Assembly: GCA_965219955.1 (NCBI GenBank)
Contig: OZ244799.1
Span: 3,392,001-3,456,000, forward strand
Length of the DNA: 64,000 bases
Source of the DNA: a bacterium
GTDB lineage: Bacteria > UBA8248
Direction: 5' to 3'
Shown here: in pieces, positions 39,118 to 48,465 of the stretch
How positions within the stretch are numbered: position 1 is the stretch's first letter
Layout of the letters: the number at the start of each line of letters is the position of its first letter
Position numbers and translations under genes: made by a program
The notes under the pieces: generated by a model
The model's input: the letters and a program-made list of their open reading frames with translations, nothing else
Databases searched by the model: none
What the model was told of the DNA's origin: nothing

Positions 39118-40230
39118 CTATGCGCTCACTTTCAGATTGACCGTCTTTTCCGTGAAGCGGAAGACGCCGAGCGCGTTCTCGCCCATGATCTTGCGGCGGC
39201 CCGCGTCGCTTAAGAACGGGAGGTCGGCGACCGCCGAGGGTTCGTCGTAATCGAAATGGGGCCAGTCGCTCGCGTAGATGAAGGTGTTCTCCGCGTCGAG
39301 CATCTCGAAGAACATCTTCAAGTGCTTTCTCGGCATCTCCTCCATCGGCTGGGTGCCGAAATAGAAATCCCTGATGTATTCGCTCGGCAGCTTCCGGAGC
39401 AGGGGCGCCTCCACGCGGCGGCGCATGTATTCGGTGTCCAGGCGGTACATGAGGCCCGCCACCCAGGTGATGCCGCTTTCCTGGAATACGATCTTGAGGT
39501 CCGGGAACCGCTCGGGCACCCCCTCCATCACCATGCTCACGAGCTGCACCTGGTTGCACCAGGTCATGTCCAGCGCGTGGCTCTCGACGAAGGAGGGAAA
39601 CTTGGCGAAGCTCGAAAGGTCCGGCCCCAGGAAGTTCGCGTGCAGGACGACCGGGAGGCCGTGGTGCTGGGCCGCCTCGTAGATAGGGTTGTACGCCTCG
39701 GCCCCCAGGGGAAGCTCGACGCTCCCGAGCATCTCCACCCCGCAAACGGCGGGGTCGCCCGCCACGCGGTCTATCATCTTCGCCGCGCGCACCGGATCGC
39801 GGCCTGCCGCCACCACCAGCGTGTAGATTCCCTCCTCGGGCGCGCACACGCCGCCCAGCATGTAATCGATGTAGCCGTTGCAGATGTCCATGGCGTGGTT
39901 CGCGTTTCGCACGAACTCGACCATGAGCATGTAGGTGGGGATCATGACGATGGTGTCGATCCCGAAGCGCTCCATCACGACGGGGATGTCTGCGGGACTC
40001 GACATGCCGAGCATCTCGTCCTGATCGCCCTTGCCGCCTGCGGCGCCCCGCACGGTGCGGCCGTGGAGCATGACGTCGTACTGATCCCCCACCAGGGCGG
40101 GCATGTGGTACTGCCCGCTCCAGTCGGCGAAACGCTCGACGGAGGGGCCTTTGAGATACTTGGCGAAATCGCGGATTTCCTCGAGATAGTGCGCGTCGGC
40201 GTCCACGACGTGCATGCCCCGGTAGCCCAT
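39118..40230 (-). CDS. Amidohydrolase_2 family protein (possible dinuclear oxygenase)
   Basis: VVDADAH, PVVLH, FQESG, ASDWPHFD. Confidence 0.85.
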   Translation of the reverse strand: MGYRGMHVVDADAHYLEEIRDFAKYLKGPSVERFADWSGQYHMPALVGDQYDVMLHGRTVRGAAGGKGDQDEMLGMSSPADIPVVMERFGIDTIVMIPTYMLMVEFVRNANHAMDICNGYIDYMLGGVCAPEEGIYTLVVAAGRDPVRAAKMIDRVAGDPAVCGVEMLGSVELPLGAEAYNPIYEAAQHHGLPVVLHANFLGPDLSSFAKFPSFVESHALDMTWCNQVQLVSMVMEGVPERFPDLKIVFQESGITWVAGLMYRLDTEYMRRRVEAPLLRKLPSEYIRDFYFGTQPMEEMPRKHLKMFFEMLDAENTFIYASDWPHFDYDEPSAVADLPFLSDAGRRKIMGENALGVFRFTEKTVNLKVSA

Positions 40231-40339
40231 GGCTTTCTCCCCGTAAAATCTTCGGTTGATTCCAAAAGGATTCGCCGGATGATAGCATTCTCCCCGTTTC
40301 CTGAACACGCAGACGAAGGCTTTCTCGTGAGGACAACCC

Positions 40340-41551
40340 ATGAACGATGAACAAACCGCGCGCATGCCTCTCGCGGGCGTGCGGGTCGTGGACATGTCGA
40401 ACTATCTGGCGGGGCCGCTCTGCACCATGTATCTCGCGGACTACGGCGCGGATGTCGTCAAGATCGAAAATCCCCGGGGCGGCGACCCCATGCGCCTCTG
40501 GGGCCACAACAAAAACGGCGTGGGCCTCTACTACAAGATGATCAACCGCAACAAGAAGAGCGTGACGCTGGATTTGAGAACCCCCTTCGGCGTCGAGGCG
40601 GTGAAGAAACTCGTGGCCGGGGCCGACGTGGTCGTGGAGAACTACCGCACCGGCGTGCTCGAAAAATGGGGGCTGGATTATGAGAACTTAAAAGCGGTGA
40701 ACCCCGCCGTCATCATGCTCTCCATCACGGGGTTCGGCAGGACGGGCCCCTACAGGAATCGCCCCGGTTTCGGCTCGCTGGCCGAGGCCTTTGCGGGCTT
40801 CAGCCACATCAACGGCTATCCCGACGGCCCGCCCCTGAGTCCCTCCTGGGGGCTGGGGGATTGCTCGACGGGCATCGGCGCGGCATTCCTTGTGATGACC
40901 GCCCTGTTCGAGCGCGACCGAAGGGGCGGCGCGGGCCAGCAGATCGATCTCGCCATCTACGAACAGTTGCTCACCATGCTGGGCCCCCAGGTGATCTATT
41001 ACGACCAGCTCGGCTTCATCCAGGGCCGGAGCGGCTCGCGCCTCGAGTTCGCGGTGCCCCGGAACAACTTCGAGACCAAAGACGGCCAGTGGGTGCTCAT
41101 CGCCGGCTCGAACCAGTCCATCTTCGAGAACATCTGCAAGGGCCTGGGGCGCGAGGATTTGATCGCGGATCCGAGGTTCGCCGACAACCGCGAGCGCATG
41201 AAGAACGCGGACGCCATCGAGGACGAACTCCAGAAGACCTTAAGGACACTGACGCTCGATGAGGTGATGGAGCGCTTGACCGCGTTCGAGGGCGCGGCCA
41301 CCCCCATCAACAGCGTGAAGATGGTAGTGGAGAACGAACAGGTCGTCGCGCGCGGAAACATCACCGAGGTGCAAGACGCGGAACTCGGCGGCCCGGTGCG
41401 GATGCAGGAGGCCTTCGGCAAGCTGTCGCGCACGCCCGGCAAGGTGCGCCACGCGGGTGAGCCTCTGGGAAACAGTAACCGCGAAGTCCTGATGGAGCGC
41501 CTCGGCTACACGGAAGAAAAACTTGAGCAAGAGGGAATCGATTTGGGGTGA
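40340..41551 (+). CDS. CaiB/BaiF class III CoA-transferase
   Basis: PLAGVRVVD, LADYGADVVKIE, NRNKKSVTLDL, GFGRTGPY, catalytic Asp in LGD. Confidence 0.93.
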   Translation: MNDEQTARMPLAGVRVVDMSNYLAGPLCTMYLADYGADVVKIENPRGGDPMRLWGHNKNGVGLYYKMINRNKKSVTLDLRTPFGVEAVKKLVAGADVVVENYRTGVLEKWGLDYENLKAVNPAVIMLSITGFGRTGPYRNRPGFGSLAEAFAGFSHINGYPDGPPLSPSWGLGDCSTGIGAAFLVMTALFERDRRGGAGQQIDLAIYEQLLTMLGPQVIYYDQLGFIQGRSGSRLEFAVPRNNFETKDGQWVLIAGSNQSIFENICKGLGREDLIADPRFADNRERMKNADAIEDELQKTLRTLTLDEVMERLTAFEGAATPINSVKMVVENEQVVARGNITEVQDAELGGPVRMQEAFGKLSRTPGKVRHAGEPLGNSNREVLMERLGYTEEKLEQEGIDLG

Positions 41552-41663
41552 TGGGAGGGCATGCGTGCAGTTTTTATCGACTCTGTAGGGACAGGTCGCG
41601 ACCTGTCCCTACTTTTTCGCTCGCAAATAACGCCTCGGGGTGACGGGAGGGGATACCGCCCGC

Positions 41664-42656
41664 CTAGAACCGCACGGCCAGCTCATCCACCGCCTGGGTG
41701 GTGCGGGCGTCTTCATCCACCAGAAGCCACTCGGGCGTGGGCGTCTTCTTGAAGCTCTTCCCCGCCCTTAACACCGTGCCGTGCAACGGCGCTTCCATGG
41801 CGTCGGCCAGTTTTTCCGCGAGCCGGATGAGAGCATCCACGTCCACACCCGTCTCCACCTCCATCAGCCAGAGCATGTGGGCGAGATCTTCAGTGGAAAT
41901 GTTGCCCGAAGCGTTCGGCGCGAAGGGGCAACCCCCGATGCCGCCCAGAGAACCGTCCAAGACGTCCGCTCCCGCCTGCATCGAGGCCAGGGCGTTGGCG
42001 AGGCCCATGCCGCGCGTGTTGTGGAGGTGGACGACCAGGCCCTTCTCCGGCCAGCGCTTCTTGAGTTCGCTCACCATGCGGCTCATCCGCGCGGGGTCGC
42101 CCATGCCCATCGAATCGCACAGGAAAAACTCGTCCACGCCCAGCGCGTCGTATTTTTCGGCGATATCGTAGACCACCTCTTCGGCCACGCGTCCGGTGTA
42201 GGGACACCCCGTCGAAAGGCTGATCGCCCCGCTGAAGGGGATGCCCGCGCCCTTCACGATCTTGGAGATTTTGGCCATCTCCTCCAGGCTCTGCTTGACG
42301 GATCGGTTCACGTTCGCGCGGTTGTGCACGTCCGTGATGGAGATGACCTGCTGCACGCCGTCGCTCCCTGCGTCCACCGCCCGGCGCGCGCCGCGCTCAT
42401 TCGCGACGAGGCACTCATACAGCACGCCCGGCTTTCTCTCAATGCGGCGCATCACCTCGTCCGCGTCCGCCGTGGCGGGAACCGCCTTGGGGTTCATGAA
42501 GCTCGTGGCCTCGATGCGGCGGATGCCTGCGTCCGCCAGGCCCTCGATGATCTCGATCTTTAATTCGGTGGGCAGCACCTGCTTCAGGTTCTGGATGCCG
42601 TCGCGCATGACGACGTCGCGCACGAGAACGCTCGAAGGAAGCTGGGGGTTCGACAT
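41664..42656 (-). CDS. Hydroxymethylglutaryl-CoA lyase family protein
   Basis: RDGIQN, HLHNTRG, GGIGGCPFAPNASGNISTED. Confidence 0.92.
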   Translation of the reverse strand: MSNPQLPSSVLVRDVVMRDGIQNLKQVLPTELKIEIIEGLADAGIRRIEATSFMNPKAVPATADADEVMRRIERKPGVLYECLVANERGARRAVDAGSDGVQQVISITDVHNRANVNRSVKQSLEEMAKISKIVKGAGIPFSGAISLSTGCPYTGRVAEEVVYDIAEKYDALGVDEFFLCDSMGMGDPARMSRMVSELKKRWPEKGLVVHLHNTRGMGLANALASMQAGADVLDGSLGGIGGCPFAPNASGNISTEDLAHMLWLMEVETGVDVDALIRLAEKLADAMEAPLHGTVLRAGKSFKKTPTPEWLLVDEDARTTQAVDELAVRF

Positions 42657-42681
42657 GGAAGGTATCCTCCCGCCGGGGGCG

Positions 42682-43611
42682 CTACTCGGCCAGACGCTTC
42701 ATTCTCGGGTCGAGCACGTCGCGCAGCCAGTCGCCCAGAAGGTTCACGCTCAACACCGTGAGCATGAGGATGAGGCCCGGGAAGAGCGCTATCCACCAGG
42801 CCGTGTCGAGGAAACTCCTGCCGTCGGCGAGCATTCCGCCCCACGTCGGCGTGGGAGGCGGCACGCCCAGCCCGAGGAAGGAGAGCGCCGATTCGATGAT
42901 GATCATCCGGCCCAGGTACAGGGTGGCGATGACGATGGTCGTGGAAGCCACGTTCGGGAAGAGATAGATGAACAGAATCCGTATCGTGCCGCAGCCGGTC
43001 GCCTTCGCTCCGGTGACGAACTCGTTCTCCTTGATGGAGAGGACCTCCGCGCGCACCACCCGCGCGTAGACGAGCCAGGTCCTGAGCGCGATGACCAGGA
43101 CGATGTTCTGGAGGCTAGGCCCCAGTATCGCCACCAGGCTGATGGCCAGCAGGATGAACGGGACGGCAAGGGCCGTATCGATGATGCGGCTGATGATGGT
43201 GTCGATCCAGCCCCCGAAATACCCCGCGACGATGCCGACCGTGATGCCGATGAGTCCGCTCACGATGACGGCGGCGATGCCGACGATGAGCGAGATGCGC
43301 GAGCCCCAGACGATGCGGCTCAGGATATCGCGGCCCTGCTGGTCGGTGCCGAGCCAGTAGGTATCTCCCGCCTTGTCCACGTAGCCGGGCGCCTTGAGGT
43401 AGCGCCCCAGGTCCTGGGAGAGCGGGTCCAGCGGGGAGAACAACTCGGGCACGAGGGCGAAGATGATGACGAGCGCGACGAAGAACGCGCCGAATATCGC
43501 CGGCGGCCTGCGTCTGAGTTCCTGCATGGCGAGTTGAAAATCGCTCGGCCCGCGTTCCATGTCCTCATCGATTTCGATGTTGAGCGTCGCCGCCCTGTCG
43601 TCGACAACCAT
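42682..43611 (-). CDS. Peptide/nickel ABC transporter permease (DppC-like)
   Basis: LGTDQQGRDILSR, ESALSFLGLG, PTWGGML. Confidence 0.93.
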   Translation of the reverse strand: MVVDDRAATLNIEIDEDMERGPSDFQLAMQELRRRPPAIFGAFFVALVIIFALVPELFSPLDPLSQDLGRYLKAPGYVDKAGDTYWLGTDQQGRDILSRIVWGSRISLIVGIAAVIVSGLIGITVGIVAGYFGGWIDTIISRIIDTALAVPFILLAISLVAILGPSLQNIVLVIALRTWLVYARVVRAEVLSIKENEFVTGAKATGCGTIRILFIYLFPNVASTTIVIATLYLGRMIIIESALSFLGLGVPPPTPTWGGMLADGRSFLDTAWWIALFPGLILMLTVLSVNLLGDWLRDVLDPRMKRLAE

Positions 43612-43627
43612 CGTGCGCCCTTGCCCC

Positions 43628-44647
43628 TTAGCTATAGGAAATTCTCGGGTCGAGCCATGCGTACAGGATGTCGACCACGAGATTCACGAAAACGAAAACG
43701 AACGCCAGAAGCGCCACCGCCGCCTGGACGATAGGGTAGTCCTGGTTGTTGATGGCGTCCACCACCAGAAAGCCCACGCCCGGCCACGCGAAGACGGCTT
43801 CGGTCACCACCGTGCCGCCGAGCAGAATGCCGAGTTCGAAACCCACCAGGGTGACGACGGGGATGGATGCGTTCTTGAGCGCGTGGCGCACCACCACGAG
43901 CCACTCCACGATCCCCTTCGAGCGCGCCGTGCGCACGTAGTCCATCCCCAGCACGTCGAGCATCTGGGAGCGCACGAGGCGCGTGATGCGCGCGGTGGCG
44001 TACAGCCCCGCCGTGATCGACGGCAGGATGATGTAATACCAGGCGTCGTAACCCGACGTGGGCAGCCAGCCCAGGTACACGGCGAAGAATATGATGAGCA
44101 GAAGCCCGAGCCAGAAGTTCGGCATCGACTGGCCGAACATCGCCCCGACCGAACTGGTGTAGTCGATCCACGTGTTGCGGAAAGTCGCCGACAGGACCCC
44201 GGCGGGTATGGAGATCACCACGGCGATCAGGACCGCCACCAGGGCGAGGAGAACGGTGTTGGGAAAATGCTCGAGCACGAGGCCCATCGCCGGGATTTCA
44301 TGGCGGTAGGAAAAGCCGAAATCCCCTCGAATCACGCCCTTGGTCCTCACGATCTTGGGCGCGTCGGGGTCGCGTTCGAGTTCATCGACTTTCTCTTTCT
44401 CTCGTTCGGCGCCGAGCAAGTCGTCCACCAGGTCCGAGCCCAGTATGAACTTGGCGAACTGGATCGGTATGGGCTGGTCGAAGCCCATCTCCTTGCTGAA
44501 GGCCTGGATGTCCTCTTCGGTGGAATCGAGCGGCATGAGGACCGCCGCGGGGTTTCCCGTGATCTGGAGCATCGAGAACACGAGGATCAGTATCGCCCCG
44601 AATACGATGAAGCTTTGCAGGCAGCGCCTGATGATATAAGTGCGCAT
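43628..44647 (-). CDS. Peptide/nickel ABC transporter permease (DppB-like)
   Basis: GDFGFS, DYVRTARSKG, EAVFAWPG, LDPRI. Confidence 0.93.
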   Translation of the reverse strand: MRTYIIRRCLQSFIVFGAILILVFSMLQITGNPAAVLMPLDSTEEDIQAFSKEMGFDQPIPIQFAKFILGSDLVDDLLGAEREKEKVDELERDPDAPKIVRTKGVIRGDFGFSYRHEIPAMGLVLEHFPNTVLLALVAVLIAVVISIPAGVLSATFRNTWIDYTSSVGAMFGQSMPNFWLGLLLIIFFAVYLGWLPTSGYDAWYYIILPSITAGLYATARITRLVRSQMLDVLGMDYVRTARSKGIVEWLVVVRHALKNASIPVVTLVGFELGILLGGTVVTEAVFAWPGVGFLVVDAINNQDYPIVQAAVALLAFVFVFVNLVVDILYAWLDPRISYS

Positions 44648-44805
44648 GGTGAAACCCTTGACGAAAAACAATTGAAAACAAAAACGCAATGTGTGCTTGA
44701 AAGATCATTTATCCCCTTCTTTCGGCGGCTCGTCAAGAGCCGTGGCGCATGCGCGCAACCTGAAACCTCTCAAATCTCCATGCGCCGGGCGGCTCCCCGC
44801 TTCAT

Positions 44806-45186
44806 GGGGTTGTTGAAAAAGTCCGAGGAGAGAGGAATCACTCCCCCTGAGAGGGGTTGTTGAAAAACCTTCTCGGTTGGAATTGACGAGGCATTTCGTT
44901 CGCGCCTGGATTCGGGCGTCGTTACGGAGACGGCTGATGCGGTTCACCACGAAGCCGTCATTCCGGCGAAAGCCGGAATCCATTTTGACTTTTCACCGGG
45001 CCGGGCGGCGGCGAGCTTGTTGTTGCGCGGCGTTGGGATGCGGAATCCAGAGGATTTGCCTTTTGTTTTTGTGCCCGATTCTGATCCTGCCCAAAAGGAG
45101 GCGAAAAGGCAAAGGCGAAAATGGATTCCGGCTTTCGCCGGAATGACGGTGGTTTTCCCACATCGAGGGACTTTTTCAACAGCCCC
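44806..45186. repeat. Nested MITE termini with CGTC-type REP pair
   Basis: Left termini at 44806 and 44853, right terminus at 45172; CGTCATTCCGGCGAAAGCCGGAATCC at 44957 and its inverse at 45123. Confidence 0.82.
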
Positions 45187-45306
45187 CTGCGGCGGCGTCC
45201 CCTTCATGGACAGACCGCGCTTTCGTTCTGTAGGATGCGGAGATTGCGATGCGCTTCCCCTGATACATGCGCGATTCTTTGCTTTCATCACCGAAAGGAG
45301 ACGTCC

Positions 45307-46290
45307 ATGAAACTCGCCACCTACAGAAACCTCTCGCCGGGCGCCACCGGAGACCGCTTGGGCGCCGTCCTGAAAGACGGGAGAATGCTCGACCTGCGCC
45401 TCGCCTACGCGAGCCATCTCGCGGAAACAGAGGGCGAAGGACGTCCCTACGCCATGGCGAACGCGCGGATTCCCCGGGACATGCGCGAATTTCTCTGCGG
45501 GGGCGAACCGGCGATGGCGGCGGCGGGCGCGGCGTTTGGACATGCGGAGGCCATTATCGCCTCCGGCGGAGAGCCCGCGGGGCCGGATGGCGAACTCGCC
45601 GTCCTGAAAGACCGGCACGTGCGCCTGAGGGCGCCGATCCCCCGTCCCGGCAAGTTCTTCCACACAGGCCTCAACTCGAACAAGCACGTCGCGAACACGG
45701 GCCATGCGGTTCCCGAGAACGTGCCGGGCGCGCCGCGCTTCGACTCCTCGCTCGTCGGCCACGAGGAACCCGTGCTCTATCCCAGGCAGACCAGGATGCT
45801 GGATTACGAGGTGGAGGTCGGCTTCATCATCGGCAAATACTGCAAGGACGTGAAGCCCGAGAACGCCTTCGACGCCATCATGGGCTATACGGTCTACAAC
45901 GACCTCACGGCGCGCGAGGTACAGCGCTCCGCCGCTTTGGGCGGCGTGTTCCTGGGCAAGAACTTCGACACCACCAACCCCATCGGCCCCTACATCGTCA
46001 CGGCGGACGAGGTGCCGAACCCCGAATCGCTTCGCGTGCAATGCCGGGTGAACGGCGTGACGCGCCAGGACGAACTGCTGACCGACATGATCTTCAAGAT
46101 ACCCGAGCTCATCGCCTTCTACAGCCAGATGTCTCTGGCGCCGGGCGACATCATCTCATCGGGCACGTTCTGCGGCGTGGCCCTGGAGCAGGCAGATCCG
46201 GAACCCTTCCTCCTGAAGCCGGGAGACGTGGTGGAATGCGAGGTCGAGCACGTGGGGGTATTGAGAAACCCCATCGTCGCCCAGGACTAG
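45307..46290 (+). CDS. Fumarylacetoacetate hydrolase family protein
   Basis: LDYEVE, GYTVYNDLTAR, GKNFDT, PGDIISSGT. Confidence 0.92.
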   Translation: MKLATYRNLSPGATGDRLGAVLKDGRMLDLRLAYASHLAETEGEGRPYAMANARIPRDMREFLCGGEPAMAAAGAAFGHAEAIIASGGEPAGPDGELAVLKDRHVRLRAPIPRPGKFFHTGLNSNKHVANTGHAVPENVPGAPRFDSSLVGHEEPVLYPRQTRMLDYEVEVGFIIGKYCKDVKPENAFDAIMGYTVYNDLTAREVQRSAALGGVFLGKNFDTTNPIGPYIVTADEVPNPESLRVQCRVNGVTRQDELLTDMIFKIPELIAFYSQMSLAPGDIISSGTFCGVALEQADPEPFLLKPGDVVECEVEHVGVLRNPIVAQD

Positions 46291-46292
46291 AT

Positions 46293-46487
46293 GGGGTTGT
46301 TGAAAAAGTCCTGCTTGCGATCCCCGTAAACCGCCAACGCCTCTTTCCTCACCCTGAGTAGCCGCCGAAGGCGGCGTATCGAAGGGCGCGGGGAGTCGAA
46401 CGCCTCGCTCCGGGCGAGAGGGCATCCTTCGATACGCGGCTTCGCCGCTACTCAGGATGAGGCGGAGAGGAGTTTTTCAACAGCCCC
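46293..46487. mobile_element. MITE (195 bp) with 5-bp TSD TAGAT between two convergent stop codons
   Basis: TAGAT at 46288-46292 and 46488-46492; 15-bp TIRs. Confidence 0.88.
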
Positions 46488-46491
46488 TAGA

Positions 46492-47475
46492 TCAGGCGGC
46501 GACGCCTAAAGTTTTTCGGACCGCCGCGATGACTTTCTCCGTGCTGGGGAGCACGAATTTCTCGAGTTTCGTCTGAACGGGAATCGGCGCCATGAGCGCG
46601 GCCACGCGGCCGATGGGCGCGTCGAGGTATTCGAACACCGCCTCCTGAATGGCGGCGGAAATCTCGGCCCCCACGCCGCTCCTCAGGTGGCCCTCTTCCA
46701 CGATGACGCAGCGGCTCGTCTTGCGAACGGAGGCCGTGATGGTCTCCACGTCCAGGGGCGAGAGCGAACGCGGGTCGATGACCTCGCACTCGATTCCCTC
46801 TTCCGCCAGCGCCTCCGCCGCTTCGAGGCAATGGCCCATCTGATAGCCGATTCCCACGATGGTGGCGTCCGCACCCGCCCGCTTCACGTCGGCCACCCCG
46901 ATGGGCGTGGTGTAATCGCCCTCGGGAACGTTTTGCTTCGTCTTCTGCGCGTAGAGCAGCCTGTGCTCGATGAACATGACCGGGTTGTCGTCGCGAACGG
47001 CGGCCTTGAGCAGCCCCTTGGCGTCGGGCGCGCAACTCGGGTAGAGGACTTTCAGGCCCGGCACCTGCATGAACCACGCTTCGAGCGACTGGCCATGCGT
47101 CGCGCCGTACTGAAGGCCCGCGCCGCTGGGTATCCGCGCCACCATGGGAACCGAAAGCTGCCCACCCAGCATGTAGCGCAGCTTCGCCGCCTGGTTCACG
47201 ATGGGGTCGAGCGCGTAGGTGGTGAAATCCATGAAGCGCAAGTCCACGATGGGCCGATAACCCGCCATCGCCGCGCCTACGCCCGCGCCCGTGAAGCCGA
47301 GTTCGCAGATGGGCGTGTCGCGCACCCGGTCGCGGCCGAAGCGATCGGCCAGCCCCGAGCACACGCCGAAATAATCGAACGCCACGTCCTCGCCCATGAG
47401 GAACACCTTCTCATCGCGCTCCATCTCCTCATGGAGCGCCTGGTTCAGGGCTTCGACATAGGTGAGTTCTGGCAT
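46492..47475 (-). CDS. TPP-dependent dehydrogenase E1 beta subunit (acetoin/pyruvate type), copy 2
   Basis: MGEDV, DTPICELGF, HGQSLEAW, DDNPVMFIEH. Confidence 0.93.
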   Translation of the reverse strand: MPELTYVEALNQALHEEMERDEKVFLMGEDVAFDYFGVCSGLADRFGRDRVRDTPICELGFTGAGVGAAMAGYRPIVDLRFMDFTTYALDPIVNQAAKLRYMLGGQLSVPMVARIPSGAGLQYGATHGQSLEAWFMQVPGLKVLYPSCAPDAKGLLKAAVRDDNPVMFIEHRLLYAQKTKQNVPEGDYTTPIGVADVKRAGADATIVGIGYQMGHCLEAAEALAEEGIECEVIDPRSLSPLDVETITASVRKTSRCVIVEEGHLRSGVGAEISAAIQEAVFEYLDAPIGRVAALMAPIPVQTKLEKFVLPSTEKVIAAVRKTLGVAA

Positions 47476-47486
47476 CCCGGATTCCC

Positions 47487-48455
47487 TTAAGCGAAGATGT
47501 CCTCGAGCGCCACGCTCTCTTCCGGCTCGGGACTGCTCTCCGCAAAATCGATAGCTTCTCGTATCTCCGCCTCCACCGCGTCGGCATGCGCCTTCTTTTG
47601 CTTCGCCGTCATCTTGAGCATCTTCTCGCACACGATGAGGGGGTCTCTCCCTTTCCAGCCCTCCCATTCCTCTTTCGTGCGGTACATGCCGTAGTGCGGG
47701 TCGCCGCGGGAGTGGCCGAAGAACCGGTACGTCTTCGCCTCGACGAGGCTCGGCCCCAAGCCGCGCCGCGCGTGGGCCACGGCCTCGCGGCTCGCCTCAT
47801 ACACCGCCGCCACGTCCATGCCGTCCACCGTCAGGCCGGGGGCGTCGTAGCCCTTCGAGCGCACGCTGATGTCGTCCACCGAGGTGGAATACTCCGCCGG
47901 CACGCTGACGGCGTACTGGTTGTTCTCGCAGAAAAACACCACCGGCAGCTTCCAGATGGCGCACAGGTTCATCGCCTCGTGAAACGCGCCGTTGTTCGAG
48001 GCCCCGTCGCCGAAGAAGACCACCGCCACCCGGTCTTTCCCCTCGAGCTGATACGCGAGGCCGATGCCCGCCGCCATCGGCATGTTCGCGCCCACGATGG
48101 AATGAGCACCATAGTGGCCCTTCGAGACGTCGGCGATGTGCATCGAGCCGCCCTTGGAGCGGCACAGGCCGGTCACCTTCCCCATCAGTTCGGCCAGCAT
48201 CTCGGGCAGGCGCGTTCCCTTGGCGATGGAGTGGCCGTGGCCCCGGTGGGTGGTGAGCACGGCGTCGTCTTCCCGCAAGGCCGCGCACACGCCGGCGGAA
48301 CACGCCTCCTGGCCGATGCTCACGTGCACGCCGCCCACCACCTTGCCCGCCATGTAGAGATCGTCCGCCGTCTCCTCGAAGCGGCGGATCCGGAGCATGG
48401 TGCGATACATCTCGTTCATACGTTTTCGGGACAACCCGGAATTCGATTTCGCCAA
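47487..48455 (-). CDS. TPP-dependent dehydrogenase E1 alpha subunit, copy 2
   Basis: THRGHGH, GGSMH, FFGDGA...ENNQYA TPP motif, TYRFFGHS; TTG start inferred. Confidence 0.92.
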   Translation of the reverse strand: MAKSNSGLSRKRMNEMYRTMLRIRRFEETADDLYMAGKVVGGVHVSIGQEACSAGVCAALREDDAVLTTHRGHGHSIAKGTRLPEMLAELMGKVTGLCRSKGGSMHIADVSKGHYGAHSIVGANMPMAAGIGLAYQLEGKDRVAVVFFGDGASNNGAFHEAMNLCAIWKLPVVFFCENNQYAVSVPAEYSTSVDDISVRSKGYDAPGLTVDGMDVAAVYEASREAVAHARRGLGPSLVEAKTYRFFGHSRGDPHYGMYRTKEEWEGWKGRDPLIVCEKMLKMTAKQKKAHADAVEAEIREAIDFAESSPEPEESVALEDIFA

Positions 48456-48465
48456 GACAGGGCCT

